Source: an uncultured Chloroflexia bacterium (GTDB taxonomy: Bacteria; Chloroflexota; Ktedonobacteria; Ktedonobacterales; JADMIN01). Taken from it: a stretch of 32,000 bases of DNA. The notes beneath the pieces are model-generated. The model ran no database searches, was not told the DNA's origin, and was given only the letters and a program-made list of their open reading frames with translations. Location: NCBI GenBank assembly GCA_963718915.1, contig CAVRAI010000003.1, positions 90,001 through 122,000 of the forward strand, written 5' to 3'. Below, piece after piece: positions 1 through 7,991 of this stretch (within the stretch, counting starts at the first letter, position 1; the number at the start of each line of letters is the position of its first letter). The translations under genes and the position numbers were made by a program.

Positions 1-564
1 CTCGTTGATGGCGTCCTTGAGCGTGCGGCTGCCCGCGCTGACGGGACGCACCTCCGCGCCGAGCAGCTTCATGCGAAAGACGTTGAGCGACTGGCGGCGG
101 ATGTCCTCCTCGCCCATGTAGACGACGCATTCGAGTCCCTGCCGGGCGCAGACGGTGGCCGTGGCGACGCCATGCTGGCCCGCGCCAGTCTCGGCGATGA
201 TGCGCCGTTTGCCCATCCGCTCTGCCAGCAGCCCCTGGCCCAGCGCGTTGTTGATCTTGTGGGCGCCGGTATGCGCCAGGTCTTCACGCTTGAGATAGAC
301 ACGCGCGCCCACCCGCTCGGATAGCCGCCGCGCGAGGTAGAGCGGCGTGGGGCGTCCGGTGTAGGTGCGCTCGAGGTCGGCGAGCGTCGCGGCGAAGTCG
401 TCGTCGGCGCGGGCGGCATCGTACGCCTGCTCCAGTTCGGCCAGCGCGGCCATCAGGCTTTCGGGGACGAAGCGCCCGCCGAAGTCGCCGTAGCGTCCGC
501 GCGCGTCGGGGTAGACGCCGTGGCGGTAGGTGGATGGTGATGTGTTGGTGGATGGTGTTGTCAT
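1..564 (-). CDS. trpB: Tryptophan synthase beta subunit, N-terminal 188 codons (gene continues past the left window edge)
   Basis: Absent from the ORF track because it is open at the edge. Manual translation from ATG (complement of 562-564) gives [48 protein letters not shown]...[51 protein letters not shown]. This includes the PLP-lysine motif HTGAHKINN and GAGQHG typical of TrpB. AGGAG lies about 10 nt upstream. Confidence 0.93.
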   Translation of the reverse strand, partial: MTTPSTNTSPSTYRHGVYPDARGRYGDFGGRFVPESLMAALAELEQAYDAARADDDFAATLADLERTYTGRPTPLYLARRLSERVGARVYLKREDLAHTGAHKINNALGQGLLAERMGKRRIIAETGAGQHGVATATVCARQGLECVVYMGEEDIRRQSLNVFRMKLLGAEVRPVSAGSRTLKDAINE

Positions 565-578
565 GGGTTATCGCTCCT

Positions 579-640
579 GCGCGGGCGGTTGAAACCGCGC
601 CTGAATGGCCTGCGGCCACGAAACCCGCCTGCGCGGGTTC
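579..640. repeat. Family-A GC-rich palindromic intergenic repeat, copy 1, filling the trpC(F)-trpB spacer
   Basis: The 27-mer GCGCGGGCGGTTGAAACCGCGCCTGAA (579-605) recurs as a perfect reverse complement at 7834-7860. The following TGGCCTGCGGCCACGAAACCCGCCTGCGCGGGTTC resembles 7709-7752. It contains hairpins GCGG-TTGAAA-CCGC and GAACCCGC/GCGGGTTC. Confidence 0.8.
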
Positions 641-646
641 AAAGAA

Positions 647-2203
647 TCACTCCTCTACATCTGGCCATCGGGGACTGGTTCGCGCCACGCGCAGAAACGC
701 GGCGATTTTGGCGAGGTCTTTGACGCCATCGGTCTCGACGCCGCTGCTGACATCCACGCCGCGCGGGGCGACCGTCGCCAGCGCATCGGCGAGATTGGCC
801 GGTGTCAGGCCGCCCGCCAGGATGATGGGCCAGCGCCGCGCCGCCTCCGCCGCCAGTCGCCAGTCGCCGGTCTGGCCCGTTCCGCCGTAGCCGCCGTCGT
901 ACGCTGGCGTATCGAGCATCAGGATTGCCCCGGCCAGCGCATACTCGTCCAGCAGCGACAGGTCATCCATTGCATGCAGACGCAAGGCGCGCAGGACAGG
1001 CAACCCAGTCTCATGAGCCACCGCGGCGCATGTTTCTGGCGACTCATCGCCGCTAAGTTGGATGGCATCCAGCCCGACGGTCGCGGCGATCTCGGCGATA
1101 CGCGCTATCGGTTCGTTGACGAAGACGCCGATGGCGAGAGCGCTGGCGGCTAAAGCCGCGCCTAAGGGACCTCGCTCGTGCTCGGCCACAAAGTCCGCCT
1201 GCGCGGACTCCACAGTATTTGAGCGCGCGACTTCAACCAACTGTCGGGCGTGGTCGGGTGTGACCTGGCGGCGGCTGGGCGCGAAGACCAGCCCGAAGGC
1301 GTCGGCGCCTGACTCGACGACGGCACGCGCCTGTTCTGCCGTCTTCAAGCCGCAGATTTTGACGTAGGGAACGCCTGTCGCGCTGAAGAATTGGGCCATT
1401 GCTCCGCCGGGAGCGCTCGATAACCCGCGCGCCAATATCTCCGGTGATTCTGAGCGCATCAACGCCTCACCTACCAGAATCGCGTCGGCGCGGAAGGCAC
1501 GAGCACGGGCGGCGCCCACCACATCGCCGATGCCGCTCTCGGCGACGAAGAGTCGGCCGGCGGGAACCAGCGGGCGCAGCCGCCGCACGACATCATGGTC
1601 AACGGCGAAGGTGCGCAGATCGCGGCTGTTAACGCCGATAACACGTGCATCCGATGCCACAGCCCGTCGTGCCTCGGCAGCATTATGCGCCTCGACCAGC
1701 GCCTCCATCCCCAGCAAGCGGGTGAGCGCCAGCAGGTCCCGCAGCGTCGCGTCATCCAGCAGGGCGCAGATGAGCAGCACAGCATCAGCGCCCGCCGCGC
1801 GCGCCTCGTAGATCTGGTAGGGATCGAGCAGGAAGTCTTTACGCAACACGGGAACATCCACCGCCGCCCGCACCGCGCGCAGGTCATCGAGCGAACCACG
1901 GAAGAAGTCTGGCTCGGTCAGCACGCTGATGGCAGCAGCTCCGCCCGCCCCATAGGCTCGCGCCCGCGCCACCGGATCGAACCGCTCGGCCAGTAGCCCC
2001 TTCGAGGGCGAGGCGCGCTTCACCTCGGCAATCAGCCGGGCAGAGCCACCGGGATCGGGTTGTAGCGCCGCAGCAAATGGACGCGGGGACGGAGCAGCCA
2101 GCGCCCGCTCACGCACCACGTCGAGCGGCGTCTCGCGCATGCGTTCGAGCAGATGGCGGCGGGTCGCGGCGACGATGCGCTCCAAAAATGTAGGATCGGC
2201 CAT
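647..2203 (-). CDS. trpC: Bifunctional indole-3-glycerol-phosphate synthase / phosphoribosylanthranilate isomerase (TrpC-TrpF fusion), 518 aa
   Basis: Part of ORF 647..2644. The sensible start is MADPTFLERIV at 2203; the upstream 147 codons are low-complexity Arg/Ser and overlap the MBL gene. The N-terminal half has IGPS motifs (LIAEVKRASPSKG, ISVLTEPDFFRGS, VLRKDF, GVNSRDL). The C-terminal half has PRAI motifs (YVKICGLK, GADAFGLVF, GGTGQTGDW, ILAGGLTPANL). Confidence 0.92.
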   Translation of the reverse strand: MADPTFLERIVAATRRHLLERMRETPLDVVRERALAAPSPRPFAAALQPDPGGSARLIAEVKRASPSKGLLAERFDPVARARAYGAGGAAAISVLTEPDFFRGSLDDLRAVRAAVDVPVLRKDFLLDPYQIYEARAAGADAVLLICALLDDATLRDLLALTRLLGMEALVEAHNAAEARRAVASDARVIGVNSRDLRTFAVDHDVVRRLRPLVPAGRLFVAESGIGDVVGAARARAFRADAILVGEALMRSESPEILARGLSSAPGGAMAQFFSATGVPYVKICGLKTAEQARAVVESGADAFGLVFAPSRRQVTPDHARQLVEVARSNTVESAQADFVAEHERGPLGAALAASALAIGVFVNEPIARIAEIAATVGLDAIQLSGDESPETCAAVAHETGLPVLRALRLHAMDDLSLLDEYALAGAILMLDTPAYDGGYGGTGQTGDWRLAAEAARRWPIILAGGLTPANLADALATVAPRGVDVSSGVETDGVKDLAKIAAFLRVARTSPRWPDVEE

Positions 2204-2207
2204 GGCG

Positions 2208-3185
2208 TTACTCCGTCTCCTCCGCTGACCGAGCGAGCAGGCCATACAGGTGGCGAAGGTTGTCAGTATAAATCGTGCGCGCGCCCCAGGCGGCGTATGC
2301 GGCGGGAGGCGGGAGCGCCGCGATCTGCTCAGCCGTCTCGCCGCGCACAATCGCCTCATCCACAAGCGTTTCGATGTCGAAAAGATACTGGCGGAGCGTC
2401 GCCACATCGTCGAGCGCGCCAACCGGACCGTGACCCGGAACGACAGTCTGGATGTCGAGCGCCTCGATCCGCTCCAGGATCTCGTCCCATTGCTCCAGGT
2501 CCGCCTGCCCAAACGAGGGGTGCATCCGCACACCAAGCAGGTCGCCGAGGAAGGCGATACGCTCCGCTGGCAGGAAGAGGAAAGCGTCGCTGCTGGTATG
2601 CCCGCCGCCAAAGCTGAGCGCCTCGATAGTGCGCTCCGTGCCATGCAGGGTCAGCCGCTGCTCGAAGGTGATATCGGGCAGCCGCAACGTCAGCTCAGGA
2701 AGGGCGGCATAGAGCGCGCGATAGTCGCCCTGCAACACGCGCAGGTCGTCGGCCAGTTCGGAGGTGGCGGCGCTGGCAATCTCCGAATCCAGGCTCGCGA
2801 GATCGTCGGGGCGCTCGCGCATCCGGGCGAGTATCTCAGCGCCGCGCACGGCGATACGCTCGCGTGTCTTCTCGGTCGTGATAATGGTCGCGTCGTCGAA
2901 GACGCCGTTGCCGTGCATGTGATCCATGTGATAGTGGCTGTTGACGACATACCGCACCGGCTGGCCTGTCAGCGATTCGGCGGCGGAGCGGAGATCGCGG
3001 GCGGCGGCGGGCGTCAGGAAGGTATCGAAGACCAGTGTCCTCTCCCCCAGCGCCACGATGCCCGCGTTGCCCCACGCGCCGGTTCCGCGCGCCACAATGG
3101 CCGCCCAGACCCCCTCGGCGAGTTGCTCCAGCTGAAAGTATGGTGATGTCGGTAGTACGTTGGATGAATCAGATGATGGTGGCAT
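2208..3185 (-). CDS. MBL-fold metallo-hydrolase embedded in the trp gene string
   Basis: ORF 2208..3218. It carries the HxHxDH motif (NSHYHMDHMHGN) plus later His/Asp ligand candidates (GGGHTSSD, FLGDLL, VPGHG). The start is placed at ATG 3185 (MPPSSDSS...) because GAGGAAA lies about 8 nt upstream; ATGs at 3200 and 3218 remain possible. The stop is only 4 nt from the trpC(F) start. Confidence 0.8.
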   Translation of the reverse strand: MPPSSDSSNVLPTSPYFQLEQLAEGVWAAIVARGTGAWGNAGIVALGERTLVFDTFLTPAAARDLRSAAESLTGQPVRYVVNSHYHMDHMHGNGVFDDATIITTEKTRERIAVRGAEILARMRERPDDLASLDSEIASAATSELADDLRVLQGDYRALYAALPELTLRLPDITFEQRLTLHGTERTIEALSFGGGHTSSDAFLFLPAERIAFLGDLLGVRMHPSFGQADLEQWDEILERIEALDIQTVVPGHGPVGALDDVATLRQYLFDIETLVDEAIVRGETAEQIAALPPPAAYAAWGARTIYTDNLRHLYGLLARSAEETE

Positions 3186-3330
3186 TGCACGTTTCCTCAT
3201 AAATTGCGGACGGTTCATGTTGTTCTAGTAGGCATCTCTAACATGTGAACTGGATGAGAACATGTATCTTCTGGGTGGCCCGCCGTAGCCTGAAGGCCAC
3301 GGCGAATCGAGAGAAAATTCGCTGCGGCCT

Positions 3331-3500
3331 TGATGTCGTTTTAGCATGTGCGACGGACACGGACAGTGCAGTGGGGTGAGCAGACCGTAGCGTCAACGCT
3401 ACGGCGAATTTCCGCACCTCTGCCCCATTCGCCGGGGCCTTTGGGCTTCCGGCGCGCTCGCCCCAGCACACTGTACGGCGTTCATGCTAAAACGACATCA
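3331..3500. repeat. 170-bp palindromic (MITE-like) element bounded by perfect 18-bp inverted repeats, containing a family-B module
   Basis: TGATGTCGTTTTAGCATG (3331-3348) is the exact reverse complement of CATGCTAAAACGACATCA (3483-3500). Inner arms are imperfectly complementary (CAGTGCAGTGGGGTGAGC vs GCTCGCCCCAGCACACTG). The centre carries GTAGCGTCAACGCTAC and the GGCGAAT...ATTCGCC hairpin (3403-3433). A related hairpin GGCGAATCGAGAGAAAATTCGC sits at 3301-3322. Confidence 0.8.
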
Positions 3501-3530
3501 TGCCGCGAAGCCACGCGGCCCAATCCATCC

Positions 3531-4571
3531 TCACCCCACCATCGCGCCGAGACGCTGTGTGGTGACGGCGAGCGTTTCCAGCGTGGCAATGCCGCGCCCC
3601 TCACGCAGTCCCGCCTGTGACTGGCGCACTCCGTCGGCGAGCGAATCCGCCCGGCCGGTGACGTAGAGAGCGGCGCCCGCGTTGAGCGCGACGATATCCG
3701 CTGGCGCGCCGCTCACCTTGCCGCCCAGCAGCCCACGTAGCAGCGCCGCGTTCGCCTGCGCGTCGCCACCCAGCACTGCCTCGCGTGGCGCGATGGCGCA
3801 ACCCAGCGATTCCGGCGTGACCGTGTACTCTCGCAGCGTGCCAGCCGCGCCATCCACCTCACAGATGCGCGTCGGGCCAGAGAGCGAAAGCTCATCCACG
3901 CCATCCTCGCCATACACGACCAGCGCCCGCGCGCCGCCCAGCCGCAGCAGCGCCTCGCCCATCAGCGGCAGCAGCTTCGGGTCGGGCACGCCCAGCACCT
4001 GATAGCGCACATGCGCGGGATTGGTCAGCGGGCCGAGGATGTTGAAAATGGTGCGGATACCGATCTCGCGGCGCGTCGGGCCGACATGGCGCATGGCTGG
4101 ATGGTACGTCGGCGCGAACATGAAGCCGAAGCCAGCCTGCTCGACACATTGCGCCACCTGCTCCGGCCCCAGCTCCAGCCGGACGCCGAGCGCCTCCAGC
4201 ACATCAGCGCTGCCGCAGCGACTGGTGGCCGCGCGATTGCCATGCTTGGCAACCGGAACGCCGAGCGCCGCAACCAGCAGCCCCGCCGCCGTCGAAACGT
4301 TGAACGTGCCTGAGGCGTCGCCGCCGGTACCACAGGTATCCACCGCCCGCACCGACTCCGCCAGCGGCACCCGCAACGCCTGCTCACGCATGACCCGCGC
4401 CAGCCCGGTGACCTCCTCGACCGTCTCGCCCTTCAGGCGCAGCGCCGTCAGAAACGCGCCCAGTTGTGAGGGCGTCGCCATACCGGTCATGATCTCTTCC
4501 ATCGCCTCAGCGGCCTCGGCCTCGCTGAGCGACTGGCCTGCCACCAGATGCGTGATTGCCTCTCGAATCAT
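3531..4571 (-). CDS. trpD: Anthranilate phosphoribosyltransferase, 346 aa
   Basis: ORF 3531..4655 opens on a TTG. The ATG at 4571 (MIREAITHLV) has AGGAGG about 9 nt upstream. Motifs: DTCGTGGD, KHGNRA, SRCGSADVLEALG, NILGPLTNPA. Confidence 0.94.
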   Translation of the reverse strand: MIREAITHLVAGQSLSEAEAAEAMEEIMTGMATPSQLGAFLTALRLKGETVEEVTGLARVMREQALRVPLAESVRAVDTCGTGGDASGTFNVSTAAGLLVAALGVPVAKHGNRAATSRCGSADVLEALGVRLELGPEQVAQCVEQAGFGFMFAPTYHPAMRHVGPTRREIGIRTIFNILGPLTNPAHVRYQVLGVPDPKLLPLMGEALLRLGGARALVVYGEDGVDELSLSGPTRICEVDGAAGTLREYTVTPESLGCAIAPREAVLGGDAQANAALLRGLLGGKVSGAPADIVALNAGAALYVTGRADSLADGVRQSQAGLREGRGIATLETLAVTTQRLGAMVG

Positions 4572-4644
4572 CGTGTCTGCCCTCCTGCGGGTGGTTAATG
4601 ACCTTACAGAATTAACCCCGACCCGCGCACTGGTGTTGGCGTGT

Positions 4645-4721
4645 CGGAAGCCCAAAGGCTCCGGCGAATTTCCGTACCCGAACGGCTCATCCGCCCATTC
4701 GCCGTAGCGTTGACGCTACGG
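4645..4721. repeat. Family-B palindromic intergenic repeat, copy 2 (trpD upstream spacer)
   Basis: The sequence is CGGAAGCCCAAAGGCTCC, then GGCGAAT, then TTCCGTACCCGAACGGCTCATCCGCCC, then ATTCGCC, then GTAGCGTTGACGCTACGG. These are the same modules as 3385-3452, with the flanks reverse-complemented and swapped. Confidence 0.8.
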
Positions 4722-4792
4722 CCTGCCCGCCCTACCACCGCGTCCGGTGTTCGAGCCAAATGGCAAAAACCCATACACCAACGCCTGTTACC

Positions 4793-5521
4793 TCAAGCGA
4801 GCCTGTGCATGTCATCCGTAAGTTCAGGTTGCCGCGCGTCCAGGGTGGCGGAGATGGTATGCCCGCCAGCATAGCGCTCCAGCGCATCTAGCAGGGCGGC
4901 CAGCGCCGCATCGATGTCGGGACGCGCGCCCTCATGCTGCGCCTCCACGGTAATCACCACGTCGGTCGTATCCTCGCGTGCGGCGCTCTGATCGCTCTGT
5001 CGCCAGCACCAGCGCTCGGCGAAGACCAGCCCCGCGTCGTCGCTAAAGACCACCTCACCCGCTGTGGGATGCTCGGTGACGTCGGGCTGCCCCAGCGGCG
5101 TATAGCGCTCGTCGCCCGTGGCGAAACGGACGGTCAGCGGCCCGGTGAGCGTCCTTGTGTCGAAGACGGCGACCGGCAGCGCGTAGCGGATGCTGACCAG
5201 ATTGCCCAGGTCTACCAGCGCGTTGATGCTCGGAATGTCGCCCTTCTTCGTCAGGCGGCGCAACAACGCCTCGGCGGCGCTCCGGCACTGGGTTGGATCC
5301 ACGCCAAAGCGGCGGAATGCGCTGCGCCAGGCGGCGAGTGAGGGCAGCTGGCTCAGCGGCGTCTCGCCGATGCGCGCCAGTGTCGCCCGCTGCTCCTCCA
5401 GATAGGCGGCGCGGAGTGGCTCGGACGTCGGCCCATTGCGCAGGCCCGTCGCCAGGATGACGCCACCCGTGACGGCGGGGAAGCGTTCGAGAATCGCGGC
5501 ATCGTAGTGAAACGTGGTCAT
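4793..5521 (-). CDS. Free-standing B3/B4 (PheRS-beta-like tRNA-binding/editing fold) domain protein, COG3382-type, 242 aa
   Basis: ORF 4793..5521. It shows the pattern I recall for stand-alone B3/4-domain proteins: [77 protein letters not shown]. Its ATG overlaps the trpG stop (ATGA at 5518-5521). Confidence 0.78.
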   Translation of the reverse strand: MTTFHYDAAILERFPAVTGGVILATGLRNGPTSEPLRAAYLEEQRATLARIGETPLSQLPSLAAWRSAFRRFGVDPTQCRSAAEALLRRLTKKGDIPSINALVDLGNLVSIRYALPVAVFDTRTLTGPLTVRFATGDERYTPLGQPDVTEHPTAGEVVFSDDAGLVFAERWCWRQSDQSAAREDTTDVVITVEAQHEGARPDIDAALAALLDALERYAGGHTISATLDARQPELTDDMHRLA

Positions 5522-6132
5522 TGGCGTACACTTTCCTGAAGCTGCTGCTCATGGTTAGCGACTGGCGGCGCCATGCGCAGGAAGTTGCGCAGCAGGTCTT
5601 TGCCCGCCGTCGTCAGAATCGATTCGGGATGAAACTGGACGCCCTCGATGGGATAGTCGCGGTGTCGTAACGCCATCACCAACCCATCGCTGGTCTCAGC
5701 CGTCACTTCCAGCGCGGGCGGCAGCGTCTCGCGCTCGACGATTAGGCTATGATAGCGCGTGGCGCTGAACGGCTGTGGCAGGCCAGACAAAACACCCGCG
5801 CCGTGGTGATGGATCGCCGATACCTTGCCATGCACCGGCTCCGGCGCGCGAATCACCCGCCCGCCAAAGACCGCGCCGATACACTGGTGGCCCAGGCAGA
5901 CGCCCAGCGTGGGGATGCGCGGGCCAAGCCGTTCGATCAGCGCGCACGAGACGCCCGCCTCGATCGGCGTGCAGGGGCCGGGCGAGATGACGATATGCGA
6001 TGGGGCCAGCGCCTCGGCCTCAGCGACGGTGATAGCGTCGTTACGGCGCACCAGCACATCGGCGCCCAGTTCCAAGAGATACTGCGCCAGGTTGTAGGTG
6101 AAGCTGTCGTAGTTATCGATCAGCAGCAGCAT
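5518..6132 (-). CDS. trpG: Anthranilate synthase component II (glutamine amidotransferase), 204 aa
   Basis: Inside ORF 5518..6447, with the real start at [15 protein letters not shown] (ATG at 6132). Class-I GATase triad context: GVCLGHQ, and HPES in VQFHPESI. It overlaps the trpE 3' end by 20 nt. Confidence 0.93.
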   Translation of the reverse strand: MLLLIDNYDSFTYNLAQYLLELGADVLVRRNDAITVAEAEALAPSHIVISPGPCTPIEAGVSCALIERLGPRIPTLGVCLGHQCIGAVFGGRVIRAPEPVHGKVSAIHHHGAGVLSGLPQPFSATRYHSLIVERETLPPALEVTAETSDGLVMALRHRDYPIEGVQFHPESILTTAGKDLLRNFLRMAPPVANHEQQLQESVRQ

Positions 6133-7666
6133 CGCGCCCACGCCTCCTTTCCGCCTCATCCAGCGCCCGTAGCGCCGCGCCCAGCTTGTTCTCTGTCTCC
6201 TCAAACTCCGCCGCCGGGACCGAATCAGCGACGATGCCGCCGCCCGCCTGCGCGTAGGCCACGCCGCCCTTGAAAACCAGCGTGCGAATGGCGATGCAGG
6301 TATCGAGGTTGCCGTCGAAGCCAATATGGCCGACCGCGCCCGCGTAGAGTCCGCGCCGCTGACCCTCAAGCTCCGCCAGAATCCGCATCGCCCGCACCTT
6401 GGGCGCGCCAGAGACCGTCCCCGCTGGGAAGCCCGCCCGCAGCGCATCGTAGGGCGTCAGGCCGTCGCGCAGGCGTCCGGTGACATGCGAGACGAGGTGC
6501 ATCACGTGTGAATAGCGCTCGACATCGAGAAACTGCGTCACCCGCACGCTGCCCGACTCGCTCACCCGGCCCACGTCGTTGCGACCGAGATCCACCAGCA
6601 TGACATGCTCGGCGCGCTCTTTCTCGTCGGCGCGCAACTCAGCCTCCAGTGCGGCGTCTTTTGCCGGATCGCTATCGCGGCGGCGCGTGCCCGCGATGGG
6701 GTGAACCGCCACCTCGCCATCCTCGACGCGCACCAGCAACTCCGGTGAGGCCCCCGCGACCGCCAGATCGTCCAGCGCCAGATAGAACATGTAGGGCGAG
6801 GGATTAATCGAGCGCAGCGCGCGATAGACCTCGAAGGGATGCGCCGTCGTGGGCCGGGCGATACGCCGCGACGGCACCACCTGGAAGCAGTCGCCCGCGC
6901 GAATGTACTCCTTGGCGCGCTGCACCGCCGCCTCGTAGGCCGCCCGCGACTCCAGCCGCGAGGGCGGAACTACCGCGCCGGAACGCCCGACGCGCTGACC
7001 GCGTGGTAGATGTGGCGCCGCTCGCCGCAGCCGACGCTCCATCGCATCCAGCCGCTCCTGCGCCTCGGCCTGCGCCCGCGCGTCATCGCCATCCGCCGCC
7101 CCGCTCTCGGCGTGGGTGAGCAGCCGCGCGGTATGGCGGGCATGGTCGAAGATCAGCAGGGTATCGCTGAACATGAAGACGCTGTCGGGCAGGCCAAGCG
7201 GGTCGTCCGCCGGGACGCCGACCGTCGGCTCGTAACTGGCGGCGACCTCGTAGCTGAGATAGCCCACCGCGCCACCCAGAAAGCGCGGCAACCCTGGCAG
7301 CGCTGGCGCGACCGGACGCCGCTCCAGTTCGCCACGCACGGCCTCCAGTGGATCGGCGCAGGGCACACACTCGACCGTGCCAGCGCGCGGACCAGCCAGC
7401 CAGCGGTACGTCGCCACGCCATCGCGCACGCGCAGCACGAGATAGGGGTCCGTGCCGACGAAGGAGTAGCGCGCCAGCCGCTCGCCTCCCTCGACCGATT
7501 CCAGCAGGTAGCCGTAGCGTCCGCTGGCAAGCTTGAGATAGGCGGAGACGGGTGTATCGAGGTCGGCGGCCACTTCACGCCACACCGGCGACAGCACAGG
7601 ACGGCGCTCGCCCTGGCTGCTCGGCGCTGGCCCGGTCGTATGTTGTTGTAGCAGTGTGGTATGCAT
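6113..7666 (-). CDS. trpE: Anthranilate synthase component I, 517 aa
   Basis: ORF 6113..7681. Motifs: [15 protein letters not shown] (Trp feedback region LESxxGG), [41 protein letters not shown]. The start is placed at ATG 7666 (MHTTLLQQ) because GAGGGG lies just upstream; ATG 7681 is the alternative. Confidence 0.93.
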   Translation of the reverse strand: MHTTLLQQHTTGPAPSSQGERRPVLSPVWREVAADLDTPVSAYLKLASGRYGYLLESVEGGERLARYSFVGTDPYLVLRVRDGVATYRWLAGPRAGTVECVPCADPLEAVRGELERRPVAPALPGLPRFLGGAVGYLSYEVAASYEPTVGVPADDPLGLPDSVFMFSDTLLIFDHARHTARLLTHAESGAADGDDARAQAEAQERLDAMERRLRRAAPHLPRGQRVGRSGAVVPPSRLESRAAYEAAVQRAKEYIRAGDCFQVVPSRRIARPTTAHPFEVYRALRSINPSPYMFYLALDDLAVAGASPELLVRVEDGEVAVHPIAGTRRRDSDPAKDAALEAELRADEKERAEHVMLVDLGRNDVGRVSESGSVRVTQFLDVERYSHVMHLVSHVTGRLRDGLTPYDALRAGFPAGTVSGAPKVRAMRILAELEGQRRGLYAGAVGHIGFDGNLDTCIAIRTLVFKGGVAYAQAGGGIVADSVPAAEFEETENKLGAALRALDEAERRRGRDAAADR

Positions 7667-7699
7667 GGGTGTACCCCTCATAGGCTGGCGACTAAAGTC

Positions 7700-7860
7700 G
7701 CGCCTGAATGGCCTCGCTACGCTCCGCCACGAAACCCGCCTGCACGGGTTTCACCGACCCGCGCGCCACCCGGTATCCCGTTGGGGACACGGTCTGGGCA
7801 GTCCGCGTCGGCGGACTTGGTGGCCGTAGGCCCTTCAGGCGCGGTTTCAACCGCCCGCGC
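7700..7860. repeat. Two nested, oppositely oriented family-A repeat copies in the trpS-trpE spacer
   Basis: The forward copy is GCGCCTGAATGGCC...CACGAAACCCGCCTGCACGGGTTTC (7700-7752). The reverse copy is GTGGCCGTAGGCCCTTCAGGCGCGGTTTCAACCGCCCGCGC (7820-7860). The hairpin GTCCGC-GTCG-GCGGAC lies at 7801-7816. GCGCCTGAA (7700-7708) and TTCAGGCGC (7834-7842) can pair over a long range. Confidence 0.8.
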
Positions 7861-7930
7861 TCCTGGACAACGCTGGACAACGCCCGTGGGATAGCCGATG
7901 GAAACCGCAAGTTGGCAATCCCACAACCAT

Positions 7931-7966
7931 GGGTGGCGCGGGGTGGCGCGCGGGGAACCACCACCC
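7931..7966 (-). other. GC-rich tandem 10-mer plus complementary CCACCACCC tract directly downstream of the trpS stop; possible stem-loop without a U-tract
   Basis: GGGTGGCGCG occurs twice in tandem (7931-7950), followed by CGGGGAACCACCACCC. On the mRNA strand GGGUGGUGG can pair with either CCACCC copy, giving alternative hairpins. No run of U follows. Confidence 0.5.
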
Positions 7967-7991
7967 ACGCTGCGCGCCCAGACATCTCCGT

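Noticed and set aside
2204-2644. N-terminal 147-codon extension of the trpC(F) ORF (track ORF 647..2644)
   Set aside because: The extension is Arg/Ser-rich low complexity and lies out of frame over the well-supported MBL gene. The IGPS homology begins at MADPTFLERIV (2203).
605-3146. Long plus-strand ORFs (605..1153, 534..890, 1595..1996, 2153..2617, 2250..3146) antisense to the trp genes
   Set aside because: They have Arg/Ala/Pro-rich composition typical of shadow frames in high-GC DNA. They fully overlap genes with strong family signatures, and none carries a recognisable motif.
579-7860. Dispersed GC-rich repeats considered as a CRISPR array
   Set aside because: The copies are kilobases apart, in both orientations, with no regular repeat-spacer periodicity and no cas genes.
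7925-7975. Second T-box upstream of trpE (GGGUGGUGGUUCCCCGCG on the mRNA strand; also GGGUGGCGCGCGGG at about 7760-7775)
   Set aside because: Both deviate from GGGUGGUACCGCG through insertions or loss of ACC. Neither has a Stem I/specifier structure upstream or a terminator downstream. They coincide with repeat modules.
7692-7985. ORFs 7692..7985 and 7717..7968 (minus) in the trpS-trpE spacer, considered as a Trp leader peptide or small protein
   Set aside because: They are read-through translations of the family-A repeats. The GGAG abuts the ATG with no spacing. Each frame has only one W or a W-L-W, with no tandem Trp followed by a stop, and at 83-97 codons they are far longer than attenuation leader peptides.
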